From Trichosphaerium sp. ATCC 40318 (taxonomy: Eukaryota > Protista > Tubulinea), in contig JALMLS010000504.1 in NCBI GenBank assembly GCA_038496445.1, positions 1 through 64,000 on the forward strand: 64,000 nt of DNA. The letters are read 5' to 3'. Every line of letters begins with the position of its first letter. The first letter of the stretch is position 1. Position numbers and translations under genes: made by a program. The notes below the pieces were generated by a model, which ran no database searches, was not told the origin of the DNA, and worked only from the letters and a program-made list of their open reading frames with translations. Positions 48,794-60,011 of this stretch are shown here, piece after piece.

Positions 48794-49180
48794 AATGTAA
48801 AAGAGTCTCTTAACCTAGTTTTGCATGATTCATTATTCCAGGAAAAAAAGTTGGAGACAAACCACGTGCCTGCCTTTGAACAAGCACTAAAATCTGAATG
48901 ATAATAAATAAATGAGAAACACAACTTGTATCGTACAATGCTTGATGGTGCAGCTGAGGAGAACCAAGCGAGAAAGCTGTAAAAACTTCACTCTCGTTGC
49001 ACGTGTGTACAAAACAGATGGGATCCCAAGCACTCTGACTGGCAATAGTTAAAAAAACGTGAAGAAGAGGTGAGCTTTATTTTTTGAATTGAAGGCGATG
49101 GGTCAGCGCTATTCTGGGAGCAAATTCGAAAGTGGAAAGAGTGGAAAGTAACGTGGAATACAGACGCTTTTGAAGACAAT

Positions 49181-51185
49181 ATGTCCGAGGTGTACATGAA
49201 AGGATGGCTCACAAAGGAGGGTGCAGTGTGCGAAGCAGAAATAGCCTAAAATCTGTACCATTTAACTTATTTTAGTGTTAAAAATTGGAAACGACGCTGG
49301 TGTGTGTTAACAGAGAACTTTCTAACGTATTATACGAAAGAGGTAACCTTTGCGTTCGCAAGTCTTCGTTTTCTAAAACTAATGTAGGACAAGAAAGAGA
49401 GAAAAGGACAGGTTAATATGGAGCTAGTTAGCAAAGTTAAACCAGTTGAGTACAAAAAACGAAATAACTGTTTCATGCTGGAAACACCTGCACGGTCGTT
49501 TTATCTATGTGCTGAAGATGAAGAAGGACTTACTGAATGGGTGAAAGCGGTTTTACGCGCACTTCATCTAAGTAACCCTACAGCCGATGATTTTATACTA
49601 GATAGAGTCGTAGGAAGAGGTAATAGCGTTAAATAGTAATAATAATGACATCTAATCCATTTCAGGCGCTTTCGGAAAGGCAAGCAGTAAAAACCTTTTT
49701 ACACCTTTTATTGACTATATAAACAAAGGTTATACTCTGTCGTAAGAAGGGAGATCCATTAGATCAAGTTTTCGCTATGAAAATCTTGAGCAAAAAAAAG
49801 CTGAAGAAGCAAAAAGAAGAAGCTCATACAAAGACTGAGCAGAGAATTTTAAGTACTCTTACACATCCTTTTTTAGTTCAACTACATTATGCTTTTCATG
49901 ATCCAGAGAGATTATTCTTTGTTATGGAGTATGTTAATGGTGGTGAGCTATTCTTTCATCTTCGTAAAGAGCGTCGCTTTGAGGAGGTAAAGTAGACAAA
50001 CAAACCCAAAAAAAGAAATTTTTTTTTCTGATTTTTATTCTTCAATCACGTGTTCCTATTGATGTTTTAAAATATGTTATCTTTTATTTTGACATTGCGT
50101 AGGATCGTATTAAATTTTACGGAAGCGAAATCGCTCTAGGGTTAGCGTATTTACACTCAAATGGCATTTTGTACAGGTTCGTTTCAATTTCTCGACTGTT
50201 TTGGTTTCTTTTGATGTCTCTGAGTTTTGTATTTGTTATGTTCCTCTTTCTGACTACTTCTTTAAGAGATCTAAAACCAGAGAACGTTTTAGTAGGCTCT
50301 GATGGTCATATAAAATTGACAGATTTCGGTCTTTCTAAAGACAACATGTATACTTGGGATACTACTTCTACTTTTTGTGGTACTCCCGAGTACCTAGCTC
50401 CTGAGGTGAGTGACTATTATAACTATCTATAAAACTAATAACAAATAAGGTAATTGAGAGTAAAGAATATACTCACGCAGTTGACTGGTGGGCATACGGA
50501 ATCATGCTCTATGAGATGCATAATGGTATGTTGCTTTTTTTTTTCTTATTTGCGAGGTTATCAGCTTACTTCTTTTGAAACAAATAGGTAGACCTCCTTT
50601 TGAAGCTAAGGGCGATACTCAAAAGATGTATGAGAATATTCTAAGCGGAGAGATCATTTACCCAAGGTCTATGAGCGAAAATTGCTGTACTTTGATCTCG
50701 AGAGTACGTCCTACATTGTCAAAAAATTTATTGTTGCTTTTTTTTTTGCTTTTTTATGGTTGTCCGTGTATTTATTGTTTGATTCGTAGTTACTCGATAG
50801 GGATAGTAAAACAAGGCTTCAGGAAATTGCTAAAATAAAAGCTCAACCTTTTTTTGAAGGGATTGATTGGCTTGCTTTAGAGAACAAAGAAATTCCGCCT
50901 ACTTTTGTACCTTCTGTGGATTCCAAGGATGATACTAAATACGTTGCCTCCGAATTTCTAAACGAAAGACCTTGTCTTGAATTATCCGAAGAAGAAACCA
51001 GCGAACTTGTATCAGGTACGTAATTTACAACACGTGACTGAGTGCTTGCGATTTTTTTTTTTTGAAAGTTTTATTTTCTTGCTGATTGCGTTTGTCTGTT
51101 TTTAGAAGTCTCAGTGTGGGGTGACTTTACTTTTCCAAAAGAAAAAAAGAAGCCTGAAGACAAGGAAGATGAACCAGAAAAATGA
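49181..51185 (+). CDS. PH-domain AGC kinase (Akt/PKB-like), multi-exon
   Basis: PH: [19 protein letters not shown]...EWVKAV. Kinase: [63 protein letters not shown]; AGC tail PPTFVP and WGDFTF; TGA at 51183-51185. Confidence 0.92.
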
Positions 51186-51627
51186 TTATGATATAAAGTG
51201 TATACGCTCCATAAACAGTGTAAATAAATAAACATCTTTTTTTTTTTTGTGGCAGTTCAATTTTTTGAACTGTAAAATAACACTTATGACTGAAAATAAC
51301 CACATTATAAGCATCAATTACTAAGGAACGCCTTGTAGTACTACTTGTAATGCTACGTTATTCGTGTTATCTGAAAATGACGAAATTTCAAATGTTTTGA
51401 AAGATTTCCCAACTCCGGAGAAAAATTGCTTCCGACATTGCTATCTTTTGGTTCAATTTTACCGACACTATACGAATAGTTTGGACATTCATGTGTGAGT
51501 ACAAGGATACTATGTCAGGTAAATGTGTATTTCCCGGACAAATGTTTGAAGCTTTGAAAAAAAGCCCGGGAGGTTGGATCATAGTATCGAATACCTGGAC
51601 CAAGTGACAACTTATCTATAAATAACA

Positions 51628-52508
51628 ATGCAAGACGCTTTAAGAAACGTTTCTTTTTGGGATAAGAAGGCAGGGAAGTTCACAAAGCAAAGCTTAGCGA
51701 ATTTCTTCCTCACTCAATACCTTCAAAGTATTAGAAGTAAAATTGAATTCAAAAAAGGTGACTTGATACTTGACGTTGGGTGTGGTGATGGAAACGGTTT
51801 GATTATGCTTGAAGATGCTTTCGGAAATAAAGGTGGTGAGTTTCACGGTATCGACTTGTCTCCAAAGATGATAGAAGGCAGTAAAAAACTCAATCTTCCT
51901 CATGTCACAAAATTGGAGGTATATTTTAATTCTTGATTTGTTTGCTGTTCGTAGCGCTTGTTCTATTTTCTTATTCAAGGTTTAAGGTTCAAGACGCTTG
52001 CAACATGTCTAAAGTATCATCAGACACCTATGATCACGTGATAAGTTCATTTTGCCTTGAATTTGCACCTGATCACGTCAAAGCATTTAAGGAAGTAAAT
52101 CGTGTTTTGAAAAAAGGCGCTTCCGCATATGTTGTTGCATGGACAGGTGTCACCCCTTATGTTCCTCTAAACTACACTGCGAAAGAATTTGTTCCAGAAT
52201 GCCCTGCCGCTAATGCAGCATACGACAAACCGTTCTTGGGAGACAAGTTGGAGTTCGAGAAGATTGTAAAGGAAGCCGGTTTTTCAAGCATTGAAATAGA
52301 GTGCGTTGAGACTTGCTTTGAAGGAACGTTTGATGAATGGTTATCAAAGTTATCTGGTGATGACTTACCAAGAGAATGGGGTGTACCTGAGGAAAAGCAT
52401 CAAGCATTCTTTGATAAGGTAAAGGAAAATCTATACAAGCTACATCCAGCGGAAGAAGGCATGGTTTCACAAAAGGTGAAAGCATGGTTGTTGAAAGCTA
52501 CAAAATAA
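51628..52508 (+). CDS. Class I SAM-dependent methyltransferase (Methyltransf_11/25, UbiE-like), intron at about 51920-51986
   Basis: ILDVGCGDG, GIDLSPKMIE, VQDACNM, YDHVISSFCLEF, EVNRVLKKG. Confidence 0.88.
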
Positions 52509-52653
52509 ATAATGTACTTGTTTCAAGCCATACTTTATTGAGAAGTGAGTATTGGTGGTATGTAATGTCTCGTTGTAGTTTATTTGTGATCAGTACAACA
52601 ACCAAACCTCTATGTTACAATGAAACGAGTAAACATACTTGTACTATCTATTT

Positions 52654-53175
52654 TTATTCTTTGTTATTACATGTGAGAAAGCATACTCCCTTTTTGTATC
52701 TAATACGAAACTCACCATTATCGTGGAACTCTATGATATCTCCATGCCAATTATTATCTTTACATTGACCTTTTGCTAGCACATTACCATTGTCATGGAA
52801 AGTGGTAAACTCTCCTTGTTTTACACCATCTATACAGTTGTATTTCGCTTTTACATTGCCTTTGCTATGATAATACAGAAGCTCACCTTCTATTTTATCA
52901 TTGACGCAATTCCATTTGCTTGACAGTCTACCATCACGTAACTTCCTGCCTTCTCCATTTTGTTTCCCATGAGTCCAATATTGTTGTACTTCAACAGTCT
53001 GATTGTGTTTTGTATATTGTTTTCTGCTTTTTCCATGTTTTTCATGTTCGTCATCAAACCTTCCAGAGGTTTTAGTTGCATGCTTGCATAAAAGAGGCCA
53101 CTTGGAGTATGCATTAAAGTCTATTTCGGTGATACATAGATGAAGCTCTGGTGGTAGGGTAGTTAGGAAGTCCAT
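52654..53175 (-). CDS. F-box-like motif plus MORN-variant repeat protein (paralog of 18308-19140), intronless
   Basis: MDFLTTLPPELHLCITEIDFNAYSKWPLL matches LHLPLEVQLEIIETDFEVYLKWPIL; repeats GEFTTFHDNGNV, GDIIEFHDNG. Confidence 0.8.
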   Translation of the reverse strand: MDFLTTLPPELHLCITEIDFNAYSKWPLLCKHATKTSGRFDDEHEKHGKSRKQYTKHNQTVEVQQYWTHGKQNGEGRKLRDGRLSSKWNCVNDKIEGELLYYHSKGNVKAKYNCIDGVKQGEFTTFHDNGNVLAKGQCKDNNWHGDIIEFHDNGEFRIRYKKGVCFLTCNNKE

Positions 53176-53607
53176 TGATGTTCTCTGTTAGGTGTTTTGT
53201 TGTAATTAAACCGTTAAGCCCTAATTCTTTTTTGTTGAACAAACATCACTTACCCCGTAATTCTTGACGACACACCCTCCCTAGCATATTTTATACAGCC
53301 AGGTACCTCGTAGATCTATGTTCAATAGAGTTGGAAACTCAGAATAAGTGAAAACCCCTTGCCTTTTCAGCGAAATGACCATTTTTGTAGTATTTTTTAC
53401 ACTTTGTTTCATGAAACAATTATAACGCTATAAAAAAGGAGAATAATTGGCGCGTTACTACAGGTATACCAACCATTCATTCTCCACTGATATTAGCAAA
53501 TTATTATAACTTTCTAACAATGTGAAACCAGCACTTTTATCTCGAGACCATTAGCAGGAATGATGTTGACTTGTTACCTTGAATTTTTTTCTTCATATTT
53601 CGTTACA

Positions 53608-54281
53608 ATGTCGTTTAACGACGCTCTTCGATTACCGCCAGAGCTCGTATATCATATTGTAGATAATGTTAAGACAATTAAAATGATGAAAATAGTGAGG
53701 ACGTTAAATACAGTCTACTATGATATCACGAATAAGAGCTCACTGTACAAGGCACGAATAAAGAAGTTTGGATTACTATAAAATGTTCAATAATTGAGAA
53801 CGCTCCAGCGCTACAAGCTGGTACCAAAGCAAGGTTATATTGTCAAAAAGGGTAACATAGTTGGAGGGTGGAAGGTGAGGTATTTTCGTTTGGGAATTGA
53901 ATCATTACGCGGGTACGTGGTGCGTTAACAATTTTTTTCTTCGAATTCTTTTAAGTTTATTTGGTAGAACCCAAACATTGAGAGGGCAACAACAACATTC
54001 CTGTGGAAGGATATATCAAATGTGCAGGTTGAAGAGCTGATGAATTTACGCAAGTTTGCGTGGTCCTTCAAACAAAAATGGAAAGATGATGAAAGAAAGA
54101 TATACTTTCATGTTTCAACTAAGGAAGATGCACGTGATTTTTTTTTTTTTATTTTCCAAATCAATACAATGATGAGTTACTACTTCGTTTATATTATGGG
54201 AGTCAACTTATTCTTTTCTAGCGGAAGGACTGGTTGGAACACATAGCTTTGGCATTAGAACTGTGTCATCTTGTAGAGTAA
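53608..54281 (+). CDS. Small F-box + PH domain protein (needs a 33-nt intron at about 53766-53798, otherwise a pseudogene)
   Basis: LRLPPELVYHIV (F-box); KQGYIVKKGNIVGGWKVRYFRL...IYFHVSTKED|RKDWLEHI (PH). Confidence 0.7.
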
Positions 54282-55367
54282 CAGTAAAACGTAAAAATTA
54301 CAAAATGATAGTATGTGATGCTTGCTGCCTTAAACTTCCGAAGCTTACATAATGTTCTTCCGCTATGAAAGAATAATATGAATGCAAGTATTATTCAGTA
54401 GTATTCACGATTAAAATATTGATTCATTATTATGCACGTTGGCTGCACAGTCGAAAATTGTAACAATTTTGATGAGCTGATTTTTACTGCACTATTGTTA
54501 AGCGACAACATAGGTGTTACAAACCAAAAGCGCCGCAAAATCTTGAGTTACCTAATGCCGGTGAATATGCCATGGGACAATTAATATGAAAATTGCTTGT
54601 ATTCATAACAGAAGAACATTAACAATACAGTTGTAGGTAATTTTTTTTCTTATATTGCGTACCTTTTTTGATTGAAACCATTTACAACATGACAAATTTT
54701 CAATCACCTGCTTGTTAGCGCACGGTTGAGTTGCTTTGTTAACACAGCTTCTGGTATAGTATTACGACATTAAAAACATCAACAGACGAAGTACTATAGC
54801 CCACTACGGCATTCAGATACATATCAAAAACTATTGTGGTACTCAGACAGGTGTACCAACCACATGAAAGTGCCAAGTGTGAGATTGTTTCAGCAAACGG
54901 AGTGTACGTTCTGTACCCTTTTTGAACTAACTTAGGTTCTTGTACCTACGCGTAGTTAATTATTTAATGTTCGTTTAACTTCAATACCAACCTGAACTAA
55001 TCTTAGTAGTACTTCCTTTTCAAACCACGGTTTTTCACTTCGTTACTAATCCTACAGACCACGTGATAATAATTAAAACATAGTTTTAATAAAATCGCAA
55101 GCTGGCTGATTTAAACATGCTTCTTGTTGAGACCAATAATACAAATAACTATATTTACATTATATATAGAGTCACAGGTGTATAGTACTACGCAATGAGG
55201 CTTTCAGTGACTTTTTTCGTTTCGGGATTTTAAGTCGTAAAACTATTCACGTTTTTTCTCGATTAGTTAAACGTGTACGTTACTACTCACGTCACACCCT
55301 ACAAGTTATTAATTGTTGTCTTTTAGGTTATTTTATTTACACAATTCGCCAGGTAACGCCATTAAAC

Positions 55368-58300
55368 ATGGACCTCCGCTCCGGGTTACTTTTAGGTATA
55401 TTTACATTGCTACTACTTGATATAGTGCGTACCGAAGAGTGTATGTATGTAGGTGCGTGTACACGTTAATTAAACTCAGTACAAGGGTCAAAAATCTCAT
55501 CTTATATAACATAGCTATAAGCACTGGGATAGGCGAGGATTGTAGTTTATCAAACTGCGAAAGAGAACTACGGATTTATGAACTAGACTACATCGAGGGT
55601 GAATTGGAGTATGTAGATGGTGTTATCGATGAGGATGTGACCAGCCATGAAGATTTTATTGTTTCGCTTGGGCACGTTTTTTTTGTTCTTTTAGGAAGCA
55701 GTAAAAGTTTAGTTGGTGCTTACTGTCAAGACGTTTTAGGGTGATACAAAACATCGGCGTTGAGGATATACTTATATTAAACAGCTACGGAGGGACAACG
55801 TTTTCTTACAGGCAAAGTGATGACAACAAGGTGAAGCTGGAAGAATCTCCAGAGTAAGGAGTTTTTTTGGTTGTAAATGGATTTGTCCAGTCAACAATTT
55901 TCTAACTTTTTCTTCTGTATCAGGTGCATAAATGTTGCTGTGGCAAAAAAAAACGTGCTCTATACTGCTATACCTTTTGTTTGCATTACAATAGAAATGA
56001 AAGCCAAAATGTGCTTCGCAGATTTCAGTAGTGATGTTTTGGTATGTTCTATTTATTTTCTTTGCTTGTTTTTTATTACACCTTGTTTGATTGTAACGAA
56101 CTACATTAGGATGTAGACTGCTTAGATTCGGAACTTGAGTTACCAAATCCTATCACCGAATACGATCGAATATCCCTTGCTGAACTGGCTGATGATACAT
56201 ACTTGCTCAGTGCAGGCAACTCAATATGGGTAAAGTGTGAAAAAAAAGAAGGAGAAAAAGTGAATAGTTAGCTGACCTCGTTTTTGCTGTTTAGCACTTA
56301 GATTATGAGGCAGAAAATATCACTCTAGATGTAAATTCCGAACAGTTACCACAGAGTGATTATCAAATGGTTACCCAAGACTTCGGCGGTATGAATAATA
56401 TTTTAATGTTGATCGTTTTAACATGTGTTTAGGTGGATCTCTGGAAACGATCTTATGCGGTTACCATGAAAATAACGCTTTACCAAACCCTGTATTTGTG
56501 CGCGATGAGGACGGAAACTATACTTCTATATATGATGATGACTACGATTGTATTGATATTGATGTACGTCCCTTTGTTTTTCTAGAAAACTGGTTAGCAA
56601 AGCAACTTTCTCACTTGTCAACACTAGGTAAGTCCACTCCTTGGTACAGTGTATATAGTAGATGAGAAAGGAGAGGTAACCACTCACTTACTATCTTTTT
56701 TAAAGCATTCCGTAGCTAGTTTTGTTAACTGGTTTAATGACAGGTTACAATACTTGGTGAAGGACCTTTAAACATTGAAGGTTCAAAATTTGACGTTGCC
56801 GATAATATTAGAATAGCAGTAGCAGATTGTCCAAACCTAGAAAACCTAGGTAAGTTTTTATGACTATTATTAACCAAAAGTAAATCACGTTTTTGAGCAC
56901 GTGGGTTTTGTAAATTTTTTTTGGAAGCCAAAAAGGCGTACAGTCAAATGTTAGGTCATCTGGCTTAGCAGATTTAAATTCGAGCTCACAATTAGCGTTT
57001 TGCGTCTCAACATTGATATTTATTGACACTATTTGTTAAGATCCTCCTTCAACGTTCAAGCTACAGTATACTACTGATGAAGAATACACCGACCCTCTGG
57101 AGCAAGCACAAAATATGAAACAAGACATTACAAATTTTTTATCTTCTTCAATTTCAGTACCAAACTTTGACGACGCTGTACATCTTGGTACTCCAATCTT
57201 GGTACAGAAAATGATTATGCCAAGCGTAAAAAGAATGGACTCTTTTGAGTACGAATTCGAATTGCCAGTTGAATTATTACTTGATGATCCTCCAGGCAAG
57301 AGTTAAAATAAAAAAAAAATTACTGTTCGAAATCTTGTTTTTTTCTGACAAATATCCAGACGACGTACCGAGGAAGATTGACTCGTTTTTGTGTTGTCAG
57401 TTCAGCATTGATTCAAAATTCGCAGAAGATTTTAAAGAAAAATATGATATCGAAGAAATACAAGACTGTCAACGTAAGTAGTAAAACACAATCGATTCAC
57501 GAACAGCTTTTTTTTAATCTGAAGCCTTGGAACTTACTTGTTTTTAGCTGAAATTACTGCCTCAGATCCTTGTCCTAGTGTAGATATGCCACAGCCTATA
57601 CAAGGAGCGCCATCTATAGCTGCTACTGTCGGACCTACTATCAGTCCTACTGAAAGTTCGGCTATTGTAAATGGCAATGACTCTGGTAATAACACACTAT
57701 TGATAGCAATTGGTGCTATTGTAGGGTTACTTTTTGTGTGTGTTGCTGTTGTAGTAATTGCTCTAGTATTCTATTTTTATAAAGTACGAAGCAATTGCAA
57801 TTGCTCTTTTTTGATTGGTGTTTTTTTTTTGTTTTGGTATCTGTTCAAGAGAGCTGACAATTTGTTACTAGAATAACAAGAAGTCAGGTAAAAATAAAGA
57901 AAAAGGTGTTGTCACAGATAAACGTACACAAAAAAACATACGCTCTCGTATATACTTTGTTCTTACAGTATGTTCTAGAATCCGAAGAAATGGTAGAAAA
58001 ACCAAGTCAAAATGACGTCAATGATAAATATGAAGAAGCAATATTTGGTACTCAAATACATAAACCACTTTTCTAATTTGTATATTATTAGCAGCAAGCG
58101 TACACAATTCGAACGCAGAAATACAAGCCAGACGTATGAACTGAAATAGCAGTGTAATTTTTTTTCTTATTTTTTTCTTTAGCCAACACGATTTACGCTC
58201 CGGTTGCTGCAGGTGTGTTTGATTTAAACTTAAACATATTTATATCATGTTATTAACTTTATTTGTAGAAGATTCAAGTTTAGAAAAGAAGCGCAAAGAT

Positions 58301-59466
58301 GTTGGAGACAATTGGTTGATAGAATACGATGAGCTTAAAATTGGTAAAAAACTTGGATCAGGAAGTTATGGACTTGTTAGAAAAGGCACTTGGCGTTTTA
58401 ATGAAGTTGCTATCAAGTTCTGTTCAGACGTAGCTGCAGCAGATAGTTTTATCGCAGAGGCCAAGCTTATGGTCGAACTTAGACCTCACAATAACGTTGT
58501 ACAGGTACGGCATGCAATCCTATATTTTTCTTCTTTTTTTCTTGTTTCTTACAGCTTTAACTAACTCCTTATATCAAGGTTTTTGGTGTTAGCATCAAAG
58601 ATGATATAATGTATTTGCTCATCATGGAGTTTATGGCGGGTACGTTTACCTACCTTTAGTAGTTTAACACAAAACTTGTCGTGATTTGTTTGAACCTTAT
58701 TTTTTTTGTGATTCTATAGGCGGATCACTTGATGTCCTTCTCTATGAATCACCAAAGGAAAAAAAGCTTAAGCTATCTCAAAAAAAGAAAATAATCCAAG
58801 GAGTAGCAAAGGGACTACTTCATTTACACAAAGAAGGAATTATTCACAGGTAACACCACTACAGGGTTATTTTTTTGTCGCATTTTTGCTGAAAAATCAA
58901 TAGAGACATGGCTGCAAGGAACGTGCTTTTGGATGAAAGTGGGACACCTAAAATTAGCGATTTCGGTATGTCGAGGCTTCTTGGAACAGATAATGATGCA
59001 GATGTCGGTAAAACAAAGAGCTCAATTGGTCCTATCAAGTACAGCAACTCTTAACTTTTTTTTTTCACAGAAACATATAAAATAAAACTTACTAATACAT
59101 AACACTAGATGGATGGCTCCAGAGAACATGAGGAAAAAATATTCTACAAAATCTGATGTATGGGCATTCGCTTGTTTCTTGGTAAGACAAAATACTCACA
59201 AGCTTCTCCACAACAGCTTTGTTCTTAACACAGAGAAAACAATCTTACTTTTTTCTTAGTATGAAGTATTTCATGAAAAAGAGCCTTGGGCAGAGGACAA
59301 TGATCTCTTACAGCTTGCTGTACAAATACGCGATAAAGCAGTAACTCCAAAAGTAGATGAAAATGTAACACCTGATGAATACCATGAGCTGATGAAGCAA
59401 TGTTGGAATGCCGATCCAAAAGATAGACCATCAATGGAAAGTATTTGTGAGGATCTCATATTTTGA
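55368..59466 (+). CDS. Single-pass receptor tyrosine kinase-like protein (paralog 2), multi-exon
   Basis: Signal peptide, acidic ectodomain, [28 protein letters not shown]; kinase motifs [53 protein letters not shown]; TGA at 59464-59466. Confidence 0.9.
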
Positions 59467-60011
59467 TTATAAAATTATAATATTTGTAGCGCTCACCTTG
59501 TGTGGTTACCCTAAAACTTGTACAATAATAAAACACTGTAACGACTTAGTTAAGATCCTTCCTTCAGATATATAATTTAGCAATGACATCCCCTATTAAG
59601 CCAGAGCTTTGTTTCGTTGCAGCCAAACCGTTTCAATTTTCCACAATGTTCTTCTTTCGGGGTTTGTTACAGGCTTTTTCTCATCCGAAGCTATGCTCAT
59701 GACACACAACTCATAACATATCTCTTTATTTTACTACCAACAAAGTGTTTGCGCGTGAACCACAGTGGCATCATAGTTTTTCCACGGAAAGAAGGCGGCC
59801 ATAATAATATTCCGGAACAATTACTAGAGCGTATCAGCAACTGTTGAGGTTACCTCTAAACGCCGATATTGGCAACTGGTGACCAAACAATCATTTGAAA
59901 ATCGTTTTACAAAGTGTCGCTTCAAGCACGTGTGGAACTTTAAAAAGCCAGCCTACAAATATTGTTTTATTCTACTCTACAGTACATAGTGTTTTATACA
60001 AAGAACATGGA

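Noticed and set aside
53766-53798. Stop-codon reassignment (two in-frame TAA in the F-box-PH gene)
   Set aside because: TAA terminates many genes in this window; a 33-nt intron or pseudogenisation explains it more simply.
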